Positions 51,738 to 61,715 of a DNA stretch of 64,000 nt are shown in pieces (position 1 is the stretch's first letter; each line of letters opens with the position of its first letter). Position numbers and translations under genes: made by a program. This DNA is from a candidate division WOR-3 bacterium (GTDB lineage Bacteria > Hydrothermota > Hydrothermia > LBFQ01): the NCBI GenBank assembly GCA_039802605.1, contig JBDRWW010000004.1, forward strand, positions 56,566 to 120,565, read 5' to 3'. The notes beneath the pieces are model-generated. The model was given only the letters and a program-made list of their open reading frames with translations. It had not been told where the DNA came from and searched no databases.

Positions 51738-52820
51738 TTACCAAACCGGATTGCCATCCTTATCCAACTTTATCAAGCAGGTTTTATGATATTTGTCCCC
51801 CTCAAACCTACAAGGGCCGGCCACAACTATATTCCCATCCGGTGTAGGTTCGGAACCCATAGCGCTCTGATAAGGTCCCCAAATGTATTCCCTTATTATC
51901 GGCGTATTTCTGTAATCGTCAAACTTAACGGCGGTGATACAAGAACAAGTTGATGAATATCCAAATGCGAAATATTTACCGTCTGATGTTGGTGATACCG
52001 TGTTAAAGCCAAAAACCCAGTTTCTGCCGTTTGGAGCGTTGCAGAACTTTTTAAACCATTGGAGATTACCTAAACTGTCAAGTTTTATAACAATCGGGCA
52101 ACCCGCATCCCCAACAAGAACTATACCCCTATCAAAAGCCTCTATACCATCCCATATTATAGCGCTTATACCCACCTTATTAACCCATTTGGTTCTGCCA
52201 GTATTATCTACCTTAAAAACTATGAATGTGTCATTTACACCTTCTATATACCCTACGCCTACAAATCCATCCGTATGTTTAAAGGTTTCGTGGTAAGATA
52301 TATCGGGTTTCCAATCCGATAGACAACTAACCCACAACGTGGTATAAGTCTTAAAATTTAATGCCTTCATACATATGTATGTCGCTGCGGAATCGTAGGT
52401 ATATATGAGTGTATCACCTTCTATTACCCCATATTCGTATCCAGTTTGGTTTGGAGGTATCCATGGATAATATGAAATATTTCCATTTTCATCTAAGATG
52501 TAATACTTATCACCCAAAATTACAAACTCGTTGTTATGATAATTATACAGCCCTCCGTGAGGTCCTTTTTTACTCCAAACAACATTTCCACTCAAAGACC
52601 ACATTGTTATGATACCATAACTGTCATATGTGGAAGTTGGTAAAACTTTGGAGACGGTGATTATATTACCTACATTGTCCACCTTTACCCATACAACTTC
52701 ATGATGCTCTCCCTCGCTGCCTATGTATTTAATAAAGCGCGGATTATTTTCATATATATCTCCCTTCTTACATCCAAACAAGACCACACCAAAAACCAAA
52801 GCGCATAAAAACCTTTTCAT
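51738..52820 (-). CDS. Lipoprotein with beta-propeller repeats
   Basis: Lipobox VLFGC; repeats KVDNVGNI, KVDNTGRTKW, KLDSLGNLQW, KLDKDGNPVW. Confidence 0.75.
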   Translation of the reverse strand: MKRFLCALVFGVVLFGCKKGDIYENNPRFIKYIGSEGEHHEVVWVKVDNVGNIITVSKVLPTSTYDSYGIITMWSLSGNVVWSKKGPHGGLYNYHNNEFVILGDKYYILDENGNISYYPWIPPNQTGYEYGVIEGDTLIYTYDSAATYICMKALNFKTYTTLWVSCLSDWKPDISYHETFKHTDGFVGVGYIEGVNDTFIVFKVDNTGRTKWVNKVGISAIIWDGIEAFDRGIVLVGDAGCPIVIKLDSLGNLQWFKKFCNAPNGRNWVFGFNTVSPTSDGKYFAFGYSSTCSCITAVKFDDYRNTPIIREYIWGPYQSAMGSEPTPDGNIVVAGPCRFEGDKYHKTCLIKLDKDGNPVW

Positions 52821-54978
52821 CTCTTTATTATTTTAAAGGTCTTTTTGCCAATTTGTATAAAATATATACCCCTTTTGAGATTTCCCACGAATACCTTTCC
52901 ATCTTTCGAGAATCCCCTACTCACGAGACTTCCCCTTATGTCATATATTCTATAATATCCCGGTGAACCAACATTAATGTATTCTCTTGAAGTAAGAAAC
53001 TTAACCTCTGAACCTTTATAATCGGTGTCGTATATTCCATTCTCCATATTGCTTATAAAGGATAGAAAACTTTCGGTATCGTATCCGGAAACAACCCAAA
53101 TGTTTTCTATAATTGTTCGGGGTTCTTTACCAAAGGTTTGTAATATAAATTTATACACTCCACTAAAAAGAAAGTTTATACTTGTCCTAAATGTATCCCC
53201 AACAGATGAAAACCTAATAAACCCTACACTCCGAGGATCTCCCACCCTCCAATATAAACCCCAAACACTATCGGCTAATGGATATATTACATCTATTGTA
53301 CCTCTATCCCCTTGGCGATATATGGTTTTATCAAACTTTACCTTTGCAACATAACTGCTTGGATAAAAAATCGCTATGTTCGTACCATCGTAATATGGTT
53401 CTGGAACATCATCATTTCGCTTAGAAATCATTATATTTGCTCCGGTTGATTGGGGATAAACTATATAGCCGTACATATTATCCACACTTATGGGTCTAAT
53501 TCGATGGGCATTCATTATATTAATTGGATTATCCGAAATTACCAAAATACTGTCTGTGCGAGGGGATAAAAGTATTGATATGAAGCTATCAACCTTAGCA
53601 AAAAACGCGTTACTGCCCACTAATTTAGGAGAGGTTATTGGTATATCAAATGGTTGGGGTTTAAGTCGGCTGGGACACGCGCCAAAAATAGCCCCTTTTA
53701 CATATCTGGCGTAAATATTGTAATCACTTTTACTTTGTGTATGATCCCTTTCCCATTCCTCAGGATATCCTCCACATGACCAAGGGAAAGGGCTTCCGCA
53801 GGAGGCTAAGGTTGATATAAAGCAAGTATTTTCGTACCTGCTCCGATTAAAACTACTTGAATACTCTATAACCGCATCATTGCAGCCTTGACCGAGTAAA
53901 TATCTTAAAATTAAGCATCCCACCTGGCTTTTACCACTAAAAGGTCCGCATTTCCACTCAGGAGTCCAACCTATTCCCACATAATAATTTACATCCGTTC
54001 GAGAAGAGATATAAGGGTCTATATAAGGTCTATGTGATGTTATCACGGCCTCAGGTGTCATTCTCCATATATCAGGGGTTGATATTAAAGCACATATGTT
54101 CCCAACGGAAATATTTAAAGCAGCCATCAAGGTTTTTATAAACATACACATTATAAATAAAGTATCATTGTCAATATAATGCCAACAGTTTAAGTCAATA
54201 TCACTTGGACTTGAACACACATCTGCCAGTTTGGAGCCGAAAAATAAACCCCCTATACTGATAACCCTTTTTACATGCCTGTTGCCATACTTGTATATAG
54301 CCACCTCGCTTTCCAAAGACGCTCGGCTATGAAGTATCATAACAATATCCCTATTCCATGTGGGTGGATAAGTGTTTATAATAAAATTATAAAGTGTATC
54401 TATAAGGAAGTTTAAAAGTTTCCCATTGGGTTCAAACATCGGACCTCTGAACCTACATCCTTTTGTGTCTGCATCGTGATTTGATGGATACAAATTAACA
54501 ACTGCTATGCGAAAACCATCTCTCTTTAGAAAGGAATAATATTCATGCCAAGTTCTGCAATCATTCCGTGTTCCATGAACCAATAGAACTACCGGTCTCG
54601 TAGAATCCGCAAGGCTTTCATTTCCATCCCAAAATAATCCAACGGTATCGTCATCACATACATCCTTCCAGAGAACGGTGGGTAGGCAAGGTCTTGAAAT
54701 ATCATCATATCCCCCTCCGGGATAGTCCCAACCTGCATCACCACCTCCTCCACCGTATACCCGGAAAAGGGTGAAGGCTATCTATAACGCAGGTACCGGA
54801 TAAACAATAACCCGTGGGATGCGTGGGGTCTGAAAGATCTTTGCAGCAAGGATTACCAGGTATCCCACACATTTCGTCGGATACCCCCACAATAGGTATA
54901 ATAATAAGCGGTATTATAACTGACCACGCTATTTTCTTTCTTTCTTTCTTTCTTTTCCGCGATTATGGGAGCATTCAT
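52817..54978 (-). pseudogene. Secreted alpha/beta-hydrolase (lipase-like) with T9SS-like CTD; 5' region interrupted by two +1 frameshifts
   Basis: Main frame open 54781-52817 with PVVLLVHG, ILHSRAS, FFGSKLAD, NDAVI, RDH and CTD IYDIRGSLV..LKRGIYFIQI..KIIKR; signal-like and Cys-rich segment in the adjacent frame; ATG at 54978 in the third frame. Confidence 0.65.
54933..54957. repeat. Tetranucleotide simple-sequence repeat (TTTC)5 / (GAAA)5
   Basis: tttc x5 at 54933-54952 followed by ttttc. Confidence 0.85.
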
Positions 54979-54989
54979 AAGCGGTAAAA

Positions 54990-56252
54990 TTACCTCAACA
55001 TATTCCCAAGTTTCCCCGTTAATAATCTATGTATATCTAATCCTATGGCAAACGCGGACAGTAGTATTATTACGAAAATCCCGAACATCAGAATCCAGAG
55101 CATAGCCCTTTCGGGTATTCTCCTCCCCGTTATACGGAGGTATATCTCATCAACTATCATAAAAAGGATATGACCCCCATCCAAGCCCGGTATGGGTAAA
55201 AGGTTTAGTATTGCGAGGTTTATGGTGATAACTATGAGGATTGAAAGCCAGACATCAAAACCCGATGTAGCAGCCTCCGCCATTACCGCACCTATGGTCA
55301 AGGGACCTCCTATGCTCTCTTGGGGTTTAACCTCACCCGAGGCCAATTTCTTTAAACTCTCGTATATTAAAAGGGAGAATTTCTTGGTTAGGAAAACCGT
55401 TTTATCCAAAACCTTGGAAAAACTTGGAGGCCATTTTTTGTTATAATAAACATATATTCCGAGTTTTCCCCCTTCACTGCTCTCCTTTACGGGAAGTTTT
55501 ATGTTTATTCTTTTACCATCTCTATATACGGTTAAGAATACCGTATCCCCTTCTTTTTTATCTTTCACATAATCAACGAGTTGTTGCCAAGAGAATATCG
55601 CAACGGTATCAACCTTTGCTATCCAGTCGTATTTTTTGAGTTTCCCATGAGCGGGAAAACCCTTAACCGTTGAACCAACTACCGGGAGTATTCTTAACTC
55701 TATACTATCGGAATAGTCCCCTTTAAAGGTTAAAATCTTTTTCTTACCACCCCTTAAAACCTCAATACTTTTTTCCCTTTCTCCGCTTAAAAGACTTAAA
55801 ACCTCTTCTCCCGAATTGACAACCTTTCCGTTTATTGATAGTATTGAATCCCCCCTTTGAAACAACGGCGTTTTTGATTTATAAACCTTTGTGGTATAAA
55901 CGGATAACTCTCCACTATAAGCGGATATTATAAATGCTAATATCGGGCCGAGTATAAAGGAAAAGAGAGGCCCGGCAAATACCACCCACAACCTCGCCCA
56001 AAGGGGTTTTTTGTAAAAGGTTTGTGGGATACCGGCTGGCCCTTCATCCTCAAACCTAACATAACCCCCAAGGGGCAAAGCGGATATTCTGAAATCTATT
56101 CCTTTTATATTTACGCCCCAAATCCTACTCCCAAACCCAATAGAAAAGACGGCGGGTTTTATGCCTACGGATAAGGCTGCCAAGAGATGCCCAAGCTCGT
56201 GCCAAACTATCAGCAAACCAAAACCTATGACTATCCCCAAAAACTCCATCAT
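54990..56252 (-). CDS. rseP: Site-2 protease RseP with PDZ domains
   Basis: HELGH, FSIGFG, PLGGYVR, AGP, GPLTI, NLLPIPGLDGGH. Confidence 0.92.
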   Translation of the reverse strand: MMEFLGIVIGFGLLIVWHELGHLLAALSVGIKPAVFSIGFGSRIWGVNIKGIDFRISALPLGGYVRFEDEGPAGIPQTFYKKPLWARLWVVFAGPLFSFILGPILAFIISAYSGELSVYTTKVYKSKTPLFQRGDSILSINGKVVNSGEEVLSLLSGEREKSIEVLRGGKKKILTFKGDYSDSIELRILPVVGSTVKGFPAHGKLKKYDWIAKVDTVAIFSWQQLVDYVKDKKEGDTVFLTVYRDGKRINIKLPVKESSEGGKLGIYVYYNKKWPPSFSKVLDKTVFLTKKFSLLIYESLKKLASGEVKPQESIGGPLTIGAVMAEAATSGFDVWLSILIVITINLAILNLLPIPGLDGGHILFMIVDEIYLRITGRRIPERAMLWILMFGIFVIILLSAFAIGLDIHRLLTGKLGNMLR

Positions 56253-57787
56253 TTTGCCACACTTACAGCCCTTACTTCCCTTATAACGACCACCTTTATT
56301 TGCCCAGGATACTGCATTTCGTTTTCAATGGCCCTTGCAATTTCTTCTGACAGGGCATAAGCCTCCAAATCGCTAACCTTTTCGGCGCTAACTATAACCC
56401 TAACCTCTCTACCCGCATACAGGGCGTATACCTTCTCAACACCGGGAAATCTGTACGCTATCCTTTCCAAATCTTGTAGCCTCTTTATATACTGTTCCAA
56501 ACTTTCCCTACGGGCACCTGGTCTTGCGCCGGATATGGCGTCGGCCGCCGCAACGATTGGCGCTATTATGTATTGCGGTTCCACATCTCCGTGGTGGGCC
56601 GCTATTGCATTAACAACGGCGTCCTTTTCGCCGTACCTTTTCGCTATGTTTGCTCCTACCAGGGCATGTGGGCCCTCCTCATCTTCAACCACCTTACCTA
56701 TATCGTGTAATAATCCAGCCCTTTTTGCATCCTCAACGGATACCCCAAGTTCCGCCGCCATTATACCCGCCAACTTTGCCGTTTCTATGGAATGCAAGAG
56801 TAGGTTTTGCCCATAAGATGTTCTAAACTTCATCTTACCGATCAGATAAACCAAATCCGGATGCATATAGGATATTCCCAATTCAACAAGGGTTTCCTCT
56901 CCGATTTGCCTTATATATTTGTCAAACTCTTCATCAACCTTTTGCGCTATTTCCTCTATCCTTGCGGGGTGAATCCTCCCATCCTGTATAAGCCTCTCCA
57001 AAACCACCTTTGCCTTTTCCCTTCTAAGGGCGTCAAATGAGGAAAGGACGACTATTTCTGGGGTATCATCTACTATAAGTTCGACACCGGTTATGGCTTC
57101 AAAGGCCCTTATGTTTCTACCTTCTCGCCCTATAATTCTCCCCTTAATCTCCTCCGAAGGTAGTTCAACAATTGTGGCGGTAACTTCCGCCGTTCTTGAT
57201 GCCGCACACCTCTGAATGGCCATGGCTATTATTTCCTTTGCCTGCTCTTCCGCCATCCGTTTTGCTTCCTCTTTTATTTTCATCGCGATCTGGGCGGCCT
57301 CAAGTTTTGCCTTACTTTCAACCATCCGCAGGAGTTCCTGCTTGGCCTCTTCCACCGTCATCTTGGCGATTTCTTCGAGTTTTCTCATGATTTCTTCCTC
57401 GGCATTCATAACCCTTTCTTCCCGCTTTTTCAACTGCATTTCCAAGTTATAAATTTCCCTTTCCCTCTTGCGCAGGTTTTCCTCCTTTCTACGCAACCTT
57501 TCTTGGTATTCGTTTAACTCCCTTTCCAAGACCTTTAACTCGTGTCTCTTCTTTGAAAGTTCCGCCTGTACCTGCTTCTTTTCCTCTTCAATCTTTTCCT
57601 TAGCCTGTTTTAAATATTCCTCGGCCTTTCTTTTTGCCTTTTCCCTCTCCTTCCTTAAAATCTCCTCCGCTTCCTTCCTTACCCTATTTATGGTTCTCTT
57701 ACGGATCTCATTGGCAAACCAAAAACCAGCTCCCAAAATTAAAATGCTAAAAACCGCAGAAAGTATTAGTATCAGCACCGCATTCAT
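56249..57787 (-). CDS. rny: Ribonuclease Y
   Basis: N-terminal TM plus coiled coil, KH (GRIIGREGRNIR), HD (LLHDIGK), ADAISGARPGAR; SD AAGGAGGTG upstream. Confidence 0.96.
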   Translation of the reverse strand: MNAVLILILSAVFSILILGAGFWFANEIRKRTINRVRKEAEEILRKEREKAKRKAEEYLKQAKEKIEEEKKQVQAELSKKRHELKVLERELNEYQERLRRKEENLRKREREIYNLEMQLKKREERVMNAEEEIMRKLEEIAKMTVEEAKQELLRMVESKAKLEAAQIAMKIKEEAKRMAEEQAKEIIAMAIQRCAASRTAEVTATIVELPSEEIKGRIIGREGRNIRAFEAITGVELIVDDTPEIVVLSSFDALRREKAKVVLERLIQDGRIHPARIEEIAQKVDEEFDKYIRQIGEETLVELGISYMHPDLVYLIGKMKFRTSYGQNLLLHSIETAKLAGIMAAELGVSVEDAKRAGLLHDIGKVVEDEEGPHALVGANIAKRYGEKDAVVNAIAAHHGDVEPQYIIAPIVAAADAISGARPGARRESLEQYIKRLQDLERIAYRFPGVEKVYALYAGREVRVIVSAEKVSDLEAYALSEEIARAIENEMQYPGQIKVVVIREVRAVSVAK

Positions 57788-57790
57788 GCT

Positions 57791-58066
57791 TCACCTCCTT
57801 AGTTCATTTATTTCCCTTAGGTGCTTAACCTCCTCTATGGCGAGAAGTATAAGGATTTTTACCAAAACCTCCGTAAAGTGGGTATGATTACCCGATTTTA
57901 AGGCTTTATTGGCCTTCTCCTTTATTATCTCCTCTATCTTATTCCTTAGTAAATCCAACTTATCTTTATCCCAACCCCTTACATCGTTTTTTGGCAATTT
58001 ATCCAAATCTAAATACCTCTCCTCCATTACCCTACCTATATTCAGGGTTATTTTCAACTTTTTCAT
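57791..58066 (-). CDS. Hypothetical protein, weakly ZapA-like
   Basis: 91 aa from MKKLKITL (SD GGGGGTG); C-terminal ILILLAIEEVKHL helix. Confidence 0.5.
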   Translation of the reverse strand: MKKLKITLNIGRVMEERYLDLDKLPKNDVRGWDKDKLDLLRNKIEEIIKEKANKALKSGNHTHFTEVLVKILILLAIEEVKHLREINELRR

Positions 58067-58283
58067 AATCACCCCCTTCCAATTCCAAGGATACATAGGT
58101 ATAAGCCAAATTATACGCCAACTCTATTATCAACTGGTAAAGTATGTCATCCTGAATACCGTCCAAGTTTTTTGCCCTTATTTCAAGATGTCGCAAGTAA
58201 TCCTCCAAATCCTTAGCCAAACTTTCATCAACCTCCACATCGCACTCGTACTCCTTATCCTTTATGCGAAAGCTAACTTTCAT
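58032..58283 (-). CDS. zapA: Cell division protein ZapA-like
   Basis: VSFRIKDKEY, LAYNLAY; position between pheT-zapB and rny. Confidence 0.55.
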   Translation of the reverse strand: MKVSFRIKDKEYECDVEVDESLAKDLEDYLRHLEIRAKNLDGIQDDILYQLIIELAYNLAYTYVSLELEGGDYEKVENNPEYR

Positions 58284-58473
58284 CTTCTTCCACAATCCGT
58301 TCCATTTGTTCTATCATTTCCAGTATATCTGAAAGCTCTTTGCGTAGATCCGAGTTCTCCTTTTTAAGGCGTTCAATCTCACTTTTAAGTTTTCTGTTCT
58401 CCTCTTTATACTTTTCCAACTTCTCCATAAGGTCGGAAACCCGCTTTTTTAATTCACCCGGTTCCATATTCAT
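58273..58473 (-). CDS. ZapB-like coiled-coil protein
   Basis: 66-aa heptad repeat EENRKLK..ENSDLRK; synteny downstream of pheT. Confidence 0.6.
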   Translation of the reverse strand: MNMEPGELKKRVSDLMEKLEKYKEENRKLKSEIERLKKENSDLRKELSDILEMIEQMERIVEEDES

Positions 58474-60701
58474 GCCTTTCCCCTTATTTGATAGTTCTTT
58501 GTGATGGTGCCTTTAATCCTATCAAATATCGCGTTAATTTCCTCCTCTTTGAGGGGTCTTTCAAGCGGTCTAATATAGAAGCGGAGGGTATAACTCGTCC
58601 ATCCTTCGGGTATGTTTGAGCCCTTGTATATATCCACCACATCCCAACCTTCAAGTTCGGGAATTTCATATATCAAACCGTCAACGAGCTTTTTCAAAGA
58701 GATAAACCTATCCGAAGGTGATAGGAGTACGGATATATCCTTAAATGTCAAGGGGTGGTTTGACAGAACCTTATGGGTATATCCCTTCAACCTTATGGGT
58801 TTTATATACCAAACGAAAACATTCCGTTTAATCCCGAAATCCCTCGCCCTTTTGGGTCTAAGGGCACCCAGTGCGCCCACCCTCTCACCGTTTATAATTA
58901 TATCCGCACTTGCCGAAGGGTGTAAATATGGATCCGAGGATTTCTCGGTAAAATCCGGATTTAAACCGAGTTTTTCGCACAGTGTGTCAAAAAAGCCTTT
59001 TACGGTTCCGTAATCCATAGGTTCGTAAGCCCCTAAAACCAAATAAACCTCTTCCCCTTCATCCGGATCATATATCCTCGCCAATGAAAACATCGGGACG
59101 GGCGGATTGCCGAGGCGCAAGTTGTGGGAAAGGGGTTTCAATATATGCGGTATCGGGGATTTCGAGAGGTATTTGAAGGATTCGTTAAAATCGCTTATAA
59201 CCTCGTATCCGTAATACTCCCCAACCTCCTTTTTGGAAAAAAGTCCCAAAGGAACGGTGTGATACGCCCCCCTGGAAACCATTAGGGAAACGATCTCGTC
59301 GTAAAATTTATCCCTAGGGCGGGGGGGAAGGGGCTTGGATTCGGAGGGTGTTGAAGGTATTTTATCGTATCCCACAAACCTGCAAATCTCCTCTATAACA
59401 TCCTCTTGAATTTTTATATCCGATCTGTAAGGTGGGGGGACAACCCTTATATGGTTATTATCCGTTTGCAAAATCCCGTATTCCAAACCCTTTAAAACAC
59501 TTTCAACATCAATGTCAACATTTCCGAGATATACGGATAATTTTCTGCGGCTTAGCGGTATTTCCGTACGATATTTTGCTTCACCCACCTTGATAATATC
59601 TGAATATTCGGCCCCGCACCAGGACTTTAAAAGGTTTGCGGCAAAAAGGGAACCCAGTTCAACCATATAGGGGCTTTGCCCTTTTTCAAACCTCGTGGAG
59701 GATTCCGTAAAGACATTTAACGAGGTTTCCGCTTTCCTTATGTATTCCGGGAGGAAGTGGGCGCTTTCAAGGAGAACATCAACCGTATCCTCATATGTCC
59801 CACTGTCAATGCCGCCTATTACCCCCCCTATGGCCAAAACCTTTTCCTCATCCGCTATACATACTAAACCCTCGGGGAGAGTATATTCCCTACCCGTTAA
59901 ATCCACAAACCTTTCCCCACCCGATGAATCCAAAACCCTTATACTCCCCTTTACCCTTTTTCTATCAAATGCGTGCAAAGGTTGTCCAACTATATAGGCG
60001 CTCCAATTTGTAGCGTCCACCGAGGGATTTATGGCATTGAAGCCAACGAGGTTTAACTTTCTCCTTACATTTATGGGGGTTTTACCCTTATTAACGGGGG
60101 ATATTAATCGTAATGTGTATAGGTCGCACCCGTTCGTTAAAATATCAATGGGGAAATCAAAGTTCAAAGTTGGAGAGTTTTCAAGGTTTAAACCCTTAAA
60201 CCTAACGCCGAGAAAAAGGGATATTTCCTTGGATATCCATAATGCCCCAAGGAGGTCGGGCCTGTTTGGGGTTATGTAAAGGTTAAACAGGACATCCCCT
60301 ATTAGAAATTCCTCCATAAACCCCTTTTCGTTTGAAACCCTAGCCAATCTCTCGCTTTTTTCGGTTAAACCGAGTTCTTCTTCGGATAAGAACATGCCTA
60401 CGGAAACCCTATCTCCAAACCTTTTTGGGGATACATTGGCCCATAGGAGAACCTCTCCTACCTCTACATCATCGGTAGTGGCCACCTCTATCACTTCCCC
60501 GTTTACCTTTACCTTAACCCAATTCAGTTTGTTATCCCTTTCAACCCCAAGAACCCTTGCGGGATATATCTCTTCAAAACCTTTCCCTATTATTTTCGTA
60601 TCCTCCACCTCAACACCCATTTTCTCAAAAGCATCCAAAACATCGTTTAAACTCAACCTCTCATCAAGAAACGTATTTATATCGGAAAGGAGCACTTTCA
60701 A
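58470..60701 (-). CDS. pheT: Phenylalanine--tRNA ligase beta subunit
   Basis: ITPNRPDLLG, GQPLHAFD, LLESAHF, RFEKG, PPYRSDI..EDVIEEI, FDX-ACB domain DIYKG; tcaacct-TATAAT 9 nt before TTG. Confidence 0.93.
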   Translation of the reverse strand: MKVLLSDINTFLDERLSLNDVLDAFEKMGVEVEDTKIIGKGFEEIYPARVLGVERDNKLNWVKVKVNGEVIEVATTDDVEVGEVLLWANVSPKRFGDRVSVGMFLSEEELGLTEKSERLARVSNEKGFMEEFLIGDVLFNLYITPNRPDLLGALWISKEISLFLGVRFKGLNLENSPTLNFDFPIDILTNGCDLYTLRLISPVNKGKTPINVRRKLNLVGFNAINPSVDATNWSAYIVGQPLHAFDRKRVKGSIRVLDSSGGERFVDLTGREYTLPEGLVCIADEEKVLAIGGVIGGIDSGTYEDTVDVLLESAHFLPEYIRKAETSLNVFTESSTRFEKGQSPYMVELGSLFAANLLKSWCGAEYSDIIKVGEAKYRTEIPLSRRKLSVYLGNVDIDVESVLKGLEYGILQTDNNHIRVVPPPYRSDIKIQEDVIEEICRFVGYDKIPSTPSESKPLPPRPRDKFYDEIVSLMVSRGAYHTVPLGLFSKKEVGEYYGYEVISDFNESFKYLSKSPIPHILKPLSHNLRLGNPPVPMFSLARIYDPDEGEEVYLVLGAYEPMDYGTVKGFFDTLCEKLGLNPDFTEKSSDPYLHPSASADIIINGERVGALGALRPKRARDFGIKRNVFVWYIKPIRLKGYTHKVLSNHPLTFKDISVLLSPSDRFISLKKLVDGLIYEIPELEGWDVVDIYKGSNIPEGWTSYTLRFYIRPLERPLKEEEINAIFDRIKGTITKNYQIRGKA

Positions 60702-60739
60702 AGCGAAGGGATTATAAGGTTGAAAGGATTATGACAGGC

Positions 60740-61390
60740 CTACCCTTTCAGCAAATTCTCAATTATAGGGAGCAAATAGGTTTTAAGGGCTGGGGTTGTT
60801 GTTATAATACCTTTCCTCCTGATTATAAAACCCTTTGAAATCAGTTTTCTGGCGGCTTCTTTCAAATCCCCCTTTAATTCCGAAAATTTGTATTCCCCCT
60901 CCACCGCCATAAATAGCACCAGTTTTTCCTTATCCGATAAATTTGAAAGGATTATGGCTTTTTTCATAACCCCCTTAGAGATTTTTCCGGTTTTTTCAAG
61001 TTTTGAATTGGCGTTTTTTAGAAACCTTCTAACCGCAAAATAAAAGGATTTTACAGGGTCTTTTACCGGATGATAGTTCTTCCTCGCCACATTTTTTTCG
61101 GAAACCAATTTATGACAAACGAATAGCAGGTTTATCTTTTCTTTTCTCATTTTGTGAATTGCGTAAAGTATATCGTCCAAACTGTAAAAATAAGGATTTC
61201 TGATCCTTTTCCTTATATTCCCAAAACGACTTCTAAGCAACCTTAACAACCTGTTTTTTGTTATGCCCAATTCCTTAGCCTTATTTTCAAGATACTCCCC
61301 CTTTTCACCTTTCTTCTTGCCAATATATTCCTCATAGATTTTGATCAGGATTTTCTCGTCTATCTTAATCGCCGAGGTATTTCGCCGCAT
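60740..61390 (-). CDS. Basic hypothetical DNA-binding protein (N-terminal HTH, C-terminal winged helix)
   Basis: KAKELGITKNRLLRLLR HTH-like; LSDKEKLVL..ARKLISKGFI wHTH-like. Confidence 0.55.
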   Translation of the reverse strand: MRRNTSAIKIDEKILIKIYEEYIGKKKGEKGEYLENKAKELGITKNRLLRLLRSRFGNIRKRIRNPYFYSLDDILYAIHKMRKEKINLLFVCHKLVSEKNVARKNYHPVKDPVKSFYFAVRRFLKNANSKLEKTGKISKGVMKKAIILSNLSDKEKLVLFMAVEGEYKFSELKGDLKEAARKLISKGFIIRRKGIITTTPALKTYLLPIIENLLKG

Positions 61391-61715
61391 ACTTTGAAGT
61401 CTCCCAAACCTTTACCGAAACCACATTATAACCCTTTTCCTTTAACCTGTCATAAATATACCTGGCCACATTTTCGGCGCTCGGTGGATAAGGTAAAACC
61501 TCGTTCAAATGTGTATGATCCAAACCGAGAGATTCCAGTTCCCCTTTTATTATCCCGAAGTCTATACTGACCCCACTTTTATCAAGTTTATCAACTTCTA
61601 TTTCCACTTCTGCCACCCATCTATGCCCGTGCAAATTCCTACAAGGGCCTTCAAAATCCGGTAATCTATGCGCCGCATCGAATTCGTATTTAACCGTAAG
61701 GATCCACCTACTCAT
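61365..61715 (-). CDS. queD: 6-carboxy-5,6,7,8-tetrahydropterin synthase
   Basis: FDAAHRL, CRNLHGH, LDHTHLN, PSAENVA, VWET. Confidence 0.92.
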   Translation of the reverse strand: MSRWILTVKYEFDAAHRLPDFEGPCRNLHGHRWVAEVEIEVDKLDKSGVSIDFGIIKGELESLGLDHTHLNEVLPYPPSAENVARYIYDRLKEKGYNVVSVKVWETSKYAAKYLGD

